Assembly: GCA_009729775.1 (NCBI GenBank)
Contig: GCA_009729775.1_4081.1
Strand: one strand, 5' to 3'
Origin: Escherichia coli
Lineage (GTDB): Bacteria > Pseudomonadota > Gammaproteobacteria > Enterobacterales > Enterobacteriaceae
Length of the DNA stretch: 64,000 nucleotides
The translations under genes and the position numbers were made by a program. The notes beneath the pieces are model-generated. The model worked only from the letters and a program-made list of their open reading frames with translations. It was not told the origin of the DNA and ran no database searches. Positions 1 through 8,716 of the stretch are shown one piece after another. Positions within the stretch are counted from its first letter, which is position 1; each line of letters opens with the position of its first letter.

Positions 1-497
1 TCAATATCAATGTATTTCCTTGCGATATCTGCGTTTATGGACAAATACAAACTACCACCTGTCCTCTGACTCAGGATTCCATCTATCTGCGATATAGGAT
101 GGTTGTTATTGAGGATAAGCATTATTGTACTTATCTTGTGTGCTAATAACTCTATCTCATTCATAATTTACCTTATGGATTCGGGTGCAATAAATGATCT
201 TGATAACTTAAATGCTCTTGTGATATTGCACTTAAATAATAACTAAAATTTTCAATACCACCCTTTAAATGTATATTGTAATACAACTTAATACTTACTA
301 ATAAAGAATCATTTAAATCATTTATTGCTTTTGTATTAACCACTTTCATTAATGTTCTTCTCTTAAAAATCGTTTGATAGCATAATCTAAATAAAATTCA
401 TAACACATGCTATCTCTGTTCTTTATCCATATTTTGTAATCGGATTTTATATTACTTAACAAATAATTTGTATTAATTGTGTAATAATCTAATCGCC

Positions 498-887
498 CTA
501 ATCGTGCCATTTAATAGGATACTCCTTTCCTTGTACTACATAAGATATAATCCATCCGTAATGAATAGGACTATTCTTTTCTCCTTTAGGAATAAAATAT
601 AAAGATGTACTAGGATTATAACTGAATAAATCATTATTGTCAAATGTAAAATGAGATAACGTTATCTTCCTTGTACTTGGACTAATAACATTCTTAACAC
701 CAAACACGGTATCTTGATATTTCTCTGAAAATTCAAACAATGCATCTGTAATTAAATCATTGAATTCTATACATAATGGTTTAAAAGAACCATCATTATC
801 TTTGAATTCCTTATATAAAGAGCTTCTTGTATTCAAAAGAAATATTACTTTTTTAAGATCCTGAACTATTTCTGGATTCATATTCAT
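498..887 (-). CDS. hypothetical protein (129 aa)
   Basis: ORF-track minus ORF at the distal end of the paralog operon; start may be an internal Met. Confidence 0.5.
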   Translation of the reverse strand: MNMNPEIVQDLKKVIFLLNTRSSLYKEFKDNDGSFKPLCIEFNDLITDALFEFSEKYQDTVFGVKNVISPSTRKITLSHFTFDNNDLFSYNPSTSLYFIPKGEKNSPIHYGWIISYVVQGKEYPIKWHD

Positions 888-1119
888 TTATCTCATTCTG
901 TATCTTAAGCATCAAAATTTGCATATTAATTTTTTGTACAAGGTGCTTGATAAATTTCTGTGCCATTTCTTCTTGTTCTTTTGTACCAAGATAAAATAAC
1001 AGATTAAATTCTGATAATCGCAAAGAAAAATCTTCATCACCACCCTTTAAACAAAAATCCCTGTACTTTGTAGCGTACAAATATTGGTTTACCTTTTTAT
1101 AATACCCTGTGTTTTGCAT
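853..1119 (-). CDS. family-A small paralog (88 aa)
   Basis: Contains FYLGTKEQEE variant of the LGTNYQE family motif; packed end-to-end with neighbours. Confidence 0.55.
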   Translation of the reverse strand: MQNTGYYKKVNQYLYATKYRDFCLKGGDEDFSLRLSEFNLLFYLGTKEQEEMAQKFIKHLVQKINMQILMLKIQNEINEYESRNSSGS

Positions 1120-1307
1120 ACTATCTCCGTTCGCAACGAATTTATATAATAATGAACAAATTGTTCTTGTGAACGTGTTCCAAGAAAAATAAACATATCA
1201 AACTCTGTTGTTTTTAAATTCAATGCATCTTTTGTAAAATTCCTGTTGAATTCCCTGTACTTTTGGGTCTTCCATTCTTGATTAATTGTCTTGTATATCG
1301 ATTTCAA
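1089..1307 (-). CDS. family-A small paralog (72 aa)
   Basis: IFLGTRSQEQ motif; overlaps neighbours by a few nt. Confidence 0.55.
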   Translation of the reverse strand: MKSIYKTINQEWKTQKYREFNRNFTKDALNLKTTEFDMFIFLGTRSQEQFVHYYINSLRTEIVCKTQGIIKR

Positions 1308-1608
1308 TGATTCTCCCTGACATACCTTGTATTAGCTTATCATACATATCGAGCATCACTTTTTGAATATTAATTAGTACTGGCATCGTGCAAATATCAA
1401 TGTCGTATACTAAGCTGTACTGGAATAATTCATCTTCCTGCATTTGTACTAAATTAGGTAAAGGATAATTGTCTGCCTCTTCATCCTGATACTTGAAATG
1501 CATAACACCATCCTTTTTGTACAAAAGAATGTCAATATCACCTAACTCTTCTGCATAACCAAAAATACATATACTCGATGTTTTTGCTATATTAAATTTC
1601 ATATACAT
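1282..1608 (-). CDS. family-B protein (108 aa), ELFQYSLVYD motif
   Basis: Shares the acidic-FQYSLVHD motif with 1611, 2230, 2582, 41600, 57592 and 63199. Confidence 0.55.
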   Translation of the reverse strand: MYMKFNIAKTSSICIFGYAEELGDIDILLYKKDGVMHFKYQDEEADNYPLPNLVQMQEDELFQYSLVYDIDICTMPVLINIQKVMLDMYDKLIQGMSGRIIEIDIQDN

Positions 1609-1610
1609 CC

Positions 1611-1925
1611 TTATACATAAATTTGATAGACATTTTGAACAAAATACTTTGGAAGACTACTATATGATATCATCTGCCTTTGTACTTCCTTCATCTCTTC
1701 CAATGTCAATCCCAAAGAATCATCGTGTACTATCATGTACTGAAACTCGTCTTCTTCAGAGATATCAAATAAATTCGGTACTGCAATTATATCAATACCT
1801 ACCATCCAAAAAAAAGAATTATTACTTTTTCTGTACTCAAAAAAATTCAAAGAAGAACCACTCTGTAAATCAGATACCATAATGGAACATTCATCGTTAC
1901 GTACAATACAATTGAATTTACGCAT
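1611..1925 (-). CDS. family-B protein (about 104 aa), DEFQYMIVHD motif
   Basis: Start adjusted to internal Met (MRKFN...) that abuts the stop of the upstream gene (TAATG overlap). Confidence 0.5.
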   Translation of the reverse strand: MRKFNCIVRNDECSIMVSDLQSGSSLNFFEYRKSNNSFFWMVGIDIIAVPNLFDISEEDEFQYMIVHDDSLGLTLEEMKEVQRQMISYSSLPKYFVQNVYQIYV

Positions 1926-2170
1926 TATCTCCACCTCTCTCCGTCTGTACAAGAGTACTGGTACGTTGTCGTTAGGGTAGGGACCATGTTTGTAATGGGC
2001 ATGTTGTTAACAATAACCGTAACAGGCATAAGAATCGTCTCTTCTCTACTCTGTCCTGTCCTTGTGCAATTCATCTTTTGCATTTCATCTGAATCCATGA
2101 AATACAATACAAATGGTGCAATCCCAAGAACAATACACAAGACGATAAGGAAATTTAAAAAATTTAACAT
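1925..2170 (-). CDS. small membrane protein (81 aa)
   Basis: Hydrophobic N-terminal helix MLNFLNFLIVLCIVLGIAPFVLYF. Confidence 0.5.
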   Translation of the reverse strand: MLNFLNFLIVLCIVLGIAPFVLYFMDSDEMQKMNCTRTGQSREETILMPVTVIVNNMPITNMVPTLTTTYQYSCTDGERWR

Positions 2171-2229
2171 AATTTTTACCCTATGATTAACGTTAGTGTA
2201 CTATATCAGTAATGAAAAGTACTATCAAG

Positions 2230-2616
2230 CTAGTATTGCACTGTTCTAATGAAAGTGCCTGAACTCATGGATTTAAGCTTATGAACCTCTTCCTGTATAC
2301 CCTTGATTAACCCTAAAGGTATAGGTACATCATGTACTAAGCTGTACTGAAAGTATTCTTCTTCAGATAAAGTACTAACATCTGGAACTCCAATTTTAGT
2401 TAGATAATCTTGATGTGTTGACCAATAAATTATATCTTCAGTAGAATTGTACTCCCCATATACTGAACAATATTGATGAATATCTTTCCTGTACCCTTGA
2501 GCAATAAAGAACTTATCTACTGCATTACCAGCATTAATAGAATTCACTTCGATTGTCACAGTACTTGAGCTTGTATAACTCTTAATACTCAACTGTGTGT
2601 TCTTCATAATCACCAT
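2230..2616 (-). CDS. family-B protein (128 aa), EEYFQYSLVHD motif
   Basis: ORF-track minus ORF; family motif present. Confidence 0.55.
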   Translation of the reverse strand: MVIMKNTQLSIKSYTSSSTVTIEVNSINAGNAVDKFFIAQGYRKDIHQYCSVYGEYNSTEDIIYWSTHQDYLTKIGVPDVSTLSEEEYFQYSLVHDVPIPLGLIKGIQEEVHKLKSMSSGTFIRTVQY

Positions 2617-2926
2617 TAGGCTCCTGTTTAGATTCTTTCATTAGTACTATCATCTTATGTACTAATGGCATAGGGAACTCTAAATCCCATACTAATGATT
2701 CCTGGAAGTATTCCTCTGGTGATAAAGTACTTAAATCTTTAATATCAACGTGCTTGTATATTTTATTTTCGTAATTAACAAATGATATATATAAATCACT
2801 AACATAAGAATCATAGGTAATTGTGAATGGCTTACCCTTGTAATCCATTACATCTCTACATAGACTACTTTTGATATATGTATGTTCAAATGATTTATAT
2901 ACCTTGAGTTGTATATTAGTTTTCAT
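2582..2926 (-). CDS. family-B protein (114 aa), EEYFQESLVWD motif
   Basis: ORF-track minus ORF; family motif present. Confidence 0.55.
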   Translation of the reverse strand: MKTNIQLKVYKSFEHTYIKSSLCRDVMDYKGKPFTITYDSYVSDLYISFVNYENKIYKHVDIKDLSTLSPEEYFQESLVWDLEFPMPLVHKMIVLMKESKQEPNGDYEEHTVEY

Positions 2927-3191
2927 ATTTCTCTTTATTAGCTTGTTTGGTTTTATAGTGAATTAAATCTATTAATGTAATCAAGTACAACTTCAAAAAG
3001 TACTCTTGATGGTTCGTACCTAATGATACAAAGAATTTATGCTCATAAATTAAAACCTGTTTCACTTCAAAAGGACACTTAATCCTCTGTATAGGTTTAA
3101 GTAAATGGTAGTACTTGTATAATCTATTATGCATTTCTAATTCAGATAGTACTTTCATATTAAACACATACTCCATTAGCTGTAGCATCAC
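2916..3191 (-). CDS. family-A small paralog (91 aa)
   Basis: SLGTNHQEYF motif. Confidence 0.55.
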   Translation of the reverse strand: MMLQLMEYVFNMKVLSELEMHNRLYKYYHLLKPIQRIKCPFEVKQVLIYEHKFFVSLGTNHQEYFLKLYLITLIDLIHYKTKQANKEKYEN

Positions 3192-3381
3192 GTAAAGCTG
3201 TCAAATACTTCTGTACTGCTTGCTCTTGCTTATTTGTACCTAAAAGTATATACATCCATAATTCACTGTAATGTACATCTTGTGTATAAGGGTTGTTGTA
3301 ACTTTTTGATAATATAGCATCAAATTCAGATGCATGAACCCTTGTGAACTTAAGCATATCTTGTTGTGTTATGATTCTCAT
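3160..3381 (-). CDS. family-A small paralog (73 aa)
   Basis: LLGTNKQEQAV motif. Confidence 0.6.
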   Translation of the reverse strand: MRIITQQDMLKFTRVHASEFDAILSKSYNNPYTQDVHYSELWMYILLGTNKQEQAVQKYLTALRDATANGVCV

Positions 3382-3593
3382 ATCTTTTCCTGTATAAGCT
3401 TCTTAAGAATCTCAATATATGAATTAACAGTTCTCTCTTGATGCTGTGTTCCTAAGAGTGTCAGTACTATCATATCTGAACGCAAAAGATTTTTTTCAAG
3501 TTCACTTATATCAGTTCTTGAATCAAGTGCCATATATTTGTGATTATTCTTCCTGAATAGTGCCAAGTACTCTTGATTTGATATTTCCTTCAT
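3378..3593 (-). CDS. family-A small paralog (71 aa)
   Basis: LLGTQHQERTV motif; ATGA-type overlap with neighbour. Confidence 0.6.
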   Translation of the reverse strand: MKEISNQEYLALFRKNNHKYMALDSRTDISELEKNLLRSDMIVLTLLGTQHQERTVNSYIEILKKLIQEKI

Positions 3594-3817
3594 AGTCTAT
3601 CCTTGATGCCATTTAAAAGTGCTCTAATATGCTCATTGACAAAACGCTCTTGGGAATCTGTGTTTAGAGTGAGAAGCATTCTTAAATCTGAACTTTTTAT
3701 ATGATATTCTAAATCATTCTTTGATTCTCGCATAAGTTTCTGAAAGGATGAGAAGTGTAATCCCATGAGTTCAATGTATTCTGCTGTTCCTAGGGGTTTG
3801 TGTATATGTTTGTGCAT
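3590..3817 (-). CDS. family-A small paralog (75 aa)
   Basis: LNTDSQERFV motif. Confidence 0.6.
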   Translation of the reverse strand: MHKHIHKPLGTAEYIELMGLHFSSFQKLMRESKNDLEYHIKSSDLRMLLTLNTDSQERFVNEHIRALLNGIKDRL

Positions 3818-4029
3818 TTTAATTGTATTACCCTTTTGAGTGTATTAATGTAATTATACACATTGGCTTCTTGATAGTTAGTTCCTAGAGTAGCTTGAAC
3901 GTAGATTTCATTTAACTTAATGATTTTATCAGTATCTGGTAGTTTTGATGTGTTAATGGCAAATAACTTCAAAAACAGTCCATTTATGATTGTTAGGTAT
4001 TCTTCTTCTGTAATGATTTTCATTTGCAT
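3790..4029 (-). CDS. family-A small paralog (79 aa)
   Basis: LGTNYQEANV motif. Confidence 0.6.
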   Translation of the reverse strand: MQMKIITEEEYLTIINGLFLKLFAINTSKLPDTDKIIKLNEIYVQATLGTNYQEANVYNYINTLKRVIQLKCTNIYTNP

Positions 4030-4235
4030 TTTCTCAGTACTGATTCTTTAAGTTCATTGATGTAGTCCTCAATGTATTGCTCTTGTAAGTTAGTTCCAAC
4101 ATATAAAAGAACTCTTAAATCGGCTCTAAGTACTTCTTTGTCATCATCATCTATATCAGACAGTGTTATGTTTAAGAATTTACTTGCATTCTCTATAAGT
4201 AATATTACTGAATCACCTTCGCTTAAAATTTTCAT
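4020..4235 (-). CDS. family-A small paralog (71 aa)
   Basis: VGTNLQEQYI motif. Confidence 0.6.
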   Translation of the reverse strand: MKILSEGDSVILLIENASKFLNITLSDIDDDDKEVLRADLRVLLYVGTNLQEQYIEDYINELKESVLRKCK

Positions 4236-4443
4236 AATCTCTTTTTGCTTTCCTCGCCAAAAGGTACATATACGATTCTTCGTATTGTGCTTGATAGTTT
4301 GTGTTTAAGAGTCGAAACAACTTCTGTTCTGCTAGAACGAGTTGCTTATCTTCATAACAACGATAGCGTATCAACTTTTTGTATTCGATGTTGATTACAT
4401 CCATTACTATAAGCCCATGTTCATCATCTGTCAAGTGTTTCAT
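4213..4443 (-). CDS. family-A small paralog (76 aa)
   Basis: LNTNYQAQYE motif. Confidence 0.6.
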   Translation of the reverse strand: MKHLTDDEHGLIVMDVINIEYKKLIRYRCYEDKQLVLAEQKLFRLLNTNYQAQYEESYMYLLARKAKRDYENFKRR

Positions 4444-4669
4444 GTATCTTTTCCTTAATAGTGATTTTAAGAGATTTAATTATACGTTCAACGTGATACT
4501 CCTGTCTATCAGTTCCAAGAAGGTATGGTAGTGCTTGGAATAGAGCTTCCGCATTCTTTTCCTCTGGGGTTTGGTTTGGATCATTAGGAAGTTGATTGGC
4601 ATATCTCTTGGCACTAACTAATCTCTCGACGTATTCATTATATGTTAAGTATATCATTTCATTTTGCAT
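4424..4669 (-). CDS. family-A small paralog (81 aa), near-duplicate of 4659-4895
   Basis: LLGTDRQEYHVERIIKSLKITIKEK; close protein and DNA identity to the next gene. Confidence 0.6.
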   Translation of the reverse strand: MQNEMIYLTYNEYVERLVSAKRYANQLPNDPNQTPEEKNAEALFQALPYLLGTDRQEYHVERIIKSLKITIKEKIHETLDR

Positions 4670-4895
4670 TTACTTTTTCCTTAATAGTAATTTTAAGATA
4701 TTTAATTATACGTTCAATGTGATACTCTTGCCTATCAGTTCCAAGAAGGTATGGTAATCTTTGGAATAAAACTTCTGCACTCCTTTCTGCTGGGGTTTGG
4801 TTTGTGTTGTGAGGAAGTTTATTTGTAAGTCTTTTGGATTTATCTAGTCTTTCTGTTAACTCATCATGTGTTAAGTATATCATTTCCTTTTGCAT
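4659..4895 (-). CDS. family-A small paralog (78 aa), near-duplicate of 4424-4669
   Basis: LLGTDRQEYHIERIIKYLKITIKEK. Confidence 0.6.
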   Translation of the reverse strand: MQKEMIYLTHDELTERLDKSKRLTNKLPHNTNQTPAERSAEVLFQRLPYLLGTDRQEYHIERIIKYLKITIKEKVNAK

Positions 4896-5122
4896 TTAAT
4901 GTTCCTTACGTAAATTGTCTGGATTAAACAATCAATCCACGTTTGAATATATTGGTTTTGATACTGTGTGCCTAAAAGACTCTGCATTTTAAACTCTGCT
5001 TCAAGTTCATATCTCTTTTCTATAGAAAAGCTTAAATGACCATATTCCCTATCGTATCTTCTATGAGCTTCGCCAAGTCTATCAAATCTTTCTGATAATC
5101 TGATGTTATTAATTTTATTCAT
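4880..5122 (-). CDS. family-A small paralog (80 aa)
   Basis: LLGTQYQNQYI motif. Confidence 0.6.
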   Translation of the reverse strand: MNKINNIRLSERFDRLGEAHRRYDREYGHLSFSIEKRYELEAEFKMQSLLGTQYQNQYIQTWIDCLIQTIYVRNIKCKRK

Positions 5123-5409
5123 CGCTCAGTACACCTTAGTGGACGGGTCATTTGATAAAAGTACAGCTTACCTCTGATTTCCATTAGTAATTCATTTAAT
5201 ACGCGTTCTACCTCTTGTTCTTGATAGTTCGTGCCTAACAATGCACCCATCTTTAACTCACGCATCATAATCATCTTCTTACTGTGTTGAATTTCTGGGT
5301 TGTGATAGATTGTATTACGTTTAAGAGTAATTTTTGCCATACGCTCGGTATATTCATCTTTACTTAAATTAATCATTTTCATGTTAATTACCCTTACATT
5401 TATTTTCAA
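5119..5409 (-). CDS. family-A small paralog (ORF 96 aa; likely start at internal Met near 5382)
   Basis: LLGTNYQEQEV motif; internal MKMINLSKDEY matches the family N-terminus. Confidence 0.6.
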   Translation of the reverse strand: MKINVRVINMKMINLSKDEYTERMAKITLKRNTIYHNPEIQHSKKMIMMRELKMGALLGTNYQEQEVERVLNELLMEIRGKLYFYQMTRPLRCTER

Positions 5410-5614
5410 TACTATTCATGAGTTCTATAAGATAGTTTTCTACCTTACCTTCCTGATAGTTAGTCCCTAGGAAGTTGCACAACACGGCTTCTATAATTTT
5501 GATTTTCCTGATATCCGACTTCAATCTTTTGTTATTGAATATTTGAATCCTTATATCTCTGGATGCATTTAAACGTTTTTGATAGTCATGGTAAGTTAAA
5601 TGAATCATTTTCAT
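5384..5614 (-). CDS. family-A small paralog (76 aa)
   Basis: FLGTNYQEGKV motif. Confidence 0.6.
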   Translation of the reverse strand: MKMIHLTYHDYQKRLNASRDIRIQIFNNKRLKSDIRKIKIIEAVLCNFLGTNYQEGKVENYLIELMNSIENKCKGN

Positions 5615-5829
5615 TTACGTTTAACCTCTCGCTGGAGGGCATCAATTAACATTAGTACAGCATTCTCTTGATAGTTTGTTCCTAAGACTGAAAGCATCTT
5701 TATCTCATTTACTAAAATCAACTTCTTTGAGGGTTCAATAATGTGACTATCATAAACGGCCTTACGTGCTGGATAAGTTTTCGCCAGTATAACATAAAAT
5801 TCGTCTTTACTTAAATTAATCATTTGCAT
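5611..5829 (-). CDS. family-A small paralog (72 aa)
   Basis: VLGTNYQENAV motif. Confidence 0.6.
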   Translation of the reverse strand: MQMINLSKDEFYVILAKTYPARKAVYDSHIIEPSKKLILVNEIKMLSVLGTNYQENAVLMLIDALQREVKRK

Positions 5830-6038
5830 TTACTTTTAACCTCTTTCTGTAGAGCGTCAATCCATAGATCTACATACATTTGTTGATAGTTTGTGTCTAT
5901 TAGTGCACCTACATAGAGTTCAGCTACCATTGCGTGCTTTATGTCAATAGGGATGCTCTTATCAGATTGAATCTTTCTCCTTCTGCTTCCACATGTTTTC
6001 AGGAGCCTGATGTATTCAAAACCTTGTAAATTTCTCAT
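5820..6038 (-). CDS. family-A small paralog (72 aa)
   Basis: LIDTNYQQMYV motif. Confidence 0.6.
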   Translation of the reverse strand: MRNLQGFEYIRLLKTCGSRRRKIQSDKSIPIDIKHAMVAELYVGALIDTNYQQMYVDLWIDALQKEVKSKCK

Positions 6039-6250
6039 ATTTTGGATACCACCTTGTTACGTAAGGAACTTAATAATACGTCAGTGTAGATGTTTTGATA
6101 GTTTGTTCCTACGAATGCACCCAACTTCATTTCAGCTATTATAACACATTTGTCCTCTTGTGCAATAGACTTGTCTAAAGAAATACTAACAACTTTCCCT
6201 CTTATAGTTTGTAACCTCCAATGATACTGATACTCATTAAGGATTATCAT
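6035..6250 (-). CDS. family-A small paralog (71 aa)
   Basis: FVGTNYQNIYT motif. Confidence 0.6.
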   Translation of the reverse strand: MIILNEYQYHWRLQTIRGKVVSISLDKSIAQEDKCVIIAEMKLGAFVGTNYQNIYTDVLLSSLRNKVVSKI

Positions 6251-6497
6251 TCTCTCGTCTCCAGATTTCGGTTCTCATGTGTTGGCAGTGTGCATCAATA
6301 TATTGCTCTATCGATCTGGCGATTGCTGTTTTATCAGTGCCTGTCATCAGTACAAGCATCTCTGCCTCACTATGAATTAAACGCATGATATCATAGGGTA
6401 ATATTTCAGATACTGTATCATAGTGTTTGTGTGTCAGTGTCTGCAATAGTTTACAATACATTTTGTGATTTAGTCTTTGTCGCATTGTTTCTTCCAT
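6237..6497 (-). CDS. divergent family-A-like small protein (86 aa)
   Basis: LMTGTDKTAIARSIEQYI in the family motif position. Confidence 0.5.
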   Translation of the reverse strand: MEETMRQRLNHKMYCKLLQTLTHKHYDTVSEILPYDIMRLIHSEAEMLVLMTGTDKTAIARSIEQYIDAHCQHMRTEIWRRENDNP

Positions 6498-6742
6498 TCT
6501 CTTCTGGCTTGACGGGTTTTTTCTGATATTTCGTTTCTCAATGCAGAGATATATCGTAGAGTGAACAGTTCTTGATAGTTAGTCCCTATGAATTTATTAA
6601 GATATACATCAGCGTTGACGATATCAGCTTCACGGGAATTATAAAGTTTATTGTTCGTGCGAAGGGTGTTTAGAAGAGAGAAGAGGGCAGTCTGATACTC
6701 AGTGCTTGATAAAGTTTTCATATTTTTCCACAATTCGTTCAT
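6470..6742 (-). CDS. family-A small paralog (90 aa; start may be internal)
   Basis: FIGTNYQELFT motif. Confidence 0.55.
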   Translation of the reverse strand: MNELWKNMKTLSSTEYQTALFSLLNTLRTNNKLYNSREADIVNADVYLNKFIGTNYQELFTLRYISALRNEISEKTRQARREWKKQCDKD

Positions 6743-6956
6743 TTAGTTTTATCTGTATAAGATCCATTAGTTGTTCAAGATAATCGGTACAATATTTCTC
6801 TTGATATTGGGTTCCCACAAAGTACAGCAACCATAGCTCATGAACTTTAACTTTCATCTCGTTCCATGAAAGTGCATCGTCATCGTAGATTACTCTTGCT
6901 TCTGGGGTGAGCTTTCTAACTCTAATTGAATATTCATCGTCAGTTAAGTGTTTCAT
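6699..6956 (-). CDS. family-A small paralog (85 aa)
   Basis: FVGTQYQEKYC motif. Confidence 0.6.
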   Translation of the reverse strand: MKHLTDDEYSIRVRKLTPEARVIYDDDALSWNEMKVKVHELWLLYFVGTQYQEKYCTDYLEQLMDLIQIKLNERIVEKYENFIKH

Positions 6957-7171
6957 TTACATTTATCCCTTATTAGATTTGTGAGGGCAACTATGTGTGC
7001 AACAACATACTCTTCCTGAAAGTTCGTCCCCAGTACAGCCATCATGCGTATATCGGTGGTGTTTATCCTGTGTTCCCTTACACATAAACCTTCTTTGTGA
7101 GGAAGTGTAAAATATTTGTTTATTGCAGCAATGACAATTTTATTCTTCTCGGTGATACTTAAATGTTTCAT
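6953..7171 (-). CDS. family-A small paralog (72 aa)
   Basis: VLGTNFQEEYV motif. Confidence 0.6.
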   Translation of the reverse strand: MKHLSITEKNKIVIAAINKYFTLPHKEGLCVREHRINTTDIRMMAVLGTNFQEEYVVAHIVALTNLIRDKCK

Positions 7172-7380
7172 AGTTTACTCCTGATATAATTCTGAAGTGC
7201 AATTAAGTATTCCCCTACATAATACACCTGAAAGTCTGTATCAAGGAATGCACCCATAAGTAAATCTTTTTCTAATACCCTTGATAAGTTAAGGTCTGCA
7301 TTTGAAAGGTATATAAGTAAGATTTCACCCTGTGCGGAATTGAAACGTTTCTTATATTCTTCTGGTGTTAAAAAAATCAT
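7168..7380 (-). CDS. family-A small paralog (70 aa)
   Basis: FLDTDFQVYYV motif; close paralog of 7377-7592. Confidence 0.6.
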   Translation of the reverse strand: MIFLTPEEYKKRFNSAQGEILLIYLSNADLNLSRVLEKDLLMGAFLDTDFQVYYVGEYLIALQNYIRSKL

Positions 7381-7592
7381 AATTTGCTCCTGATATATTT
7401 CTCAAGAGATGACAAATACTTTTCCTCATAATACTTCTGATAGTCTGTTCCTAAGAATGCACCCAATAGTATATCATTTTCCAATACCTCGGCTAAGTTT
7501 AAATCAGAAGTCTCTTCGTATATTATGAGGATTTCAAGTTGTCTGGCAGCGATGCGTTCAGTATATTGATATGAGTTTTCTATAATAATCAT
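7377..7592 (-). CDS. family-A small paralog (71 aa)
   Basis: FLGTDYQKYYE motif. Confidence 0.6.
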   Translation of the reverse strand: MIIIENSYQYTERIAARQLEILIIYEETSDLNLAEVLENDILLGAFLGTDYQKYYEEKYLSSLEKYIRSKL

Positions 7593-7798
7593 AATTTACT
7601 CTTTATATCTTCTATTAAAAATCGAATCCATTCTTCAACATAATCTTCCTGATGGTTTGTGTTCAGTACAGCCAACATGCGGATCTCTGCTCTTGCAACT
7701 TCAATTTCAGTTTTAGGAAGGTCTTTGCTGATATCCACCATTAAGTCCATGTATTTCAAGATAAGTCCGAATGATTGGGTTCGTGTTATAGTTTTCAT
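7589..7798 (-). CDS. family-A small paralog (69 aa)
   Basis: VLNTNHQEDYV motif. Confidence 0.6.
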   Translation of the reverse strand: MKTITRTQSFGLILKYMDLMVDISKDLPKTEIEVARAEIRMLAVLNTNHQEDYVEEWIRFLIEDIKSKL

Positions 7799-7995
7799 TG
7801 TTTCCTCGTGGACAATGTTTTATTTTTCAATGTATCCACATATTTCGTTACCCATGCATCCTGATAGTTAGTTCCCAATGTAATCAAAAGGTATAACTCC
7901 ATTCGTTCTACGTGTGAGTCTGTATTATAAATCTTTGTGAAGTTTTTACGTAACAGTGCTTGATATTCTTTTTCGGTTAATTTACGCATTTTCAT
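7795..7995 (-). CDS. family-A small paralog (66 aa)
   Basis: TLGTNYQDAWV motif. Confidence 0.6.
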   Translation of the reverse strand: MKMRKLTEKEYQALLRKNFTKIYNTDSHVERMELYLLITLGTNYQDAWVTKYVDTLKNKTLSTRKQ

Positions 7996-8189
7996 AGTTT
8001 ACTCGTTACATCTTCAATTAAATACCAAATCCAATCGTTGACATACCTTTCCTGAAAGTTAGTTCCAATGAATAGTGCCATAATTAATTCACGCTTATAG
8101 GCAATACCACGGTCATGGGACTTATACATTATCATAGCCATGTTATTGATAAGTCTTTCGTGGTGTTCTGCTTGAGTTAAAATACGCAT
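7992..8189 (-). CDS. family-A small paralog, first gene of the array (about 65 aa)
   Basis: IGTNFQERYV motif; start adjusted to MRILTQ... preceded by AAGGGAG RBS. Confidence 0.6.
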   Translation of the reverse strand: MRILTQAEHHERLINNMAMIMYKSHDRGIAYKRELIMALFIGTNFQERYVNDWIWYLIEDVTSKL

Positions 8190-8438
8190 AGGGACTCCCT
8201 TAAAATTAATATCAATCATATTTTATACGATTTGTATAAAAAGTCAATAACATTTTATTCGTAATACCCCTTTATCGAAGTCGCTAAGGTTACCCGCCCT
8301 TTAGCCCCCTACGCATTTTGCCATAGTCCAATCCCTTTTATTTCAAAAAAGTCAAGGGATTACCTATGCATTTTTTTAACGCATAATTTTAAAAACGCCT
8401 TGACTTTTTTCTGAATCAGTACTAGATCCCTTTACGCA
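8190..8438 (-). promoter_or_regulatory. non-coding leader upstream of the family-A operon with hairpins
   Basis: No ORF; inverted repeat AATCCCTT...AAGGGATT and several TTGAC-like boxes on the minus strand. Confidence 0.3.
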
Positions 8439-8648
8439 TTAATCCTTCGTTACGCTAACGATTATCTGTGTATCCCCGTAGTCCTGCCATACTTCCACGC
8501 CATCCGTCGCCCTGGTTAGTCGTGCTGTCATCTGCTTAACAGTCTTAGGCTTTAGTGGAACCTGTTGCAGTACTGTACGCATAGCATCACTGACGTTATC
8601 ATGTACGCCAGCAATAGTACCTAGAACGCTGTATACTGTATAGAACAT
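8439..8648 (-). CDS. hypothetical protein (69 aa)
   Basis: ATG preceded by AGGAGGG RBS on minus strand. Confidence 0.6.
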   Translation of the reverse strand: MFYTVYSVLGTIAGVHDNVSDAMRTVLQQVPLKPKTVKQMTARLTRATDGVEVWQDYGDTQIIVSVTKD

Positions 8649-8716
8649 ATGTATGCCCTCCTGATATAGTTAAGGCCGCTAGAGAGCGGCCTATGATGTT
8701 TGGTGATGTGTAATGC

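Noticed and set aside
1649-1882. Plus-strand ORFs listed in the track inside minus-strand gene blocks (for example 1649-1882, 1986-2186, 4072-4308, 7659-7871, 8934-9218, 15698-16078, 16075-16613, 22012-22257, 53846-54418, 55259-55582, 55843-56157)
   Set aside because: They lie antisense to well-supported minus-strand genes, lack ribosome-binding sites and have low-complexity or odd composition; treated as shadow ORFs.
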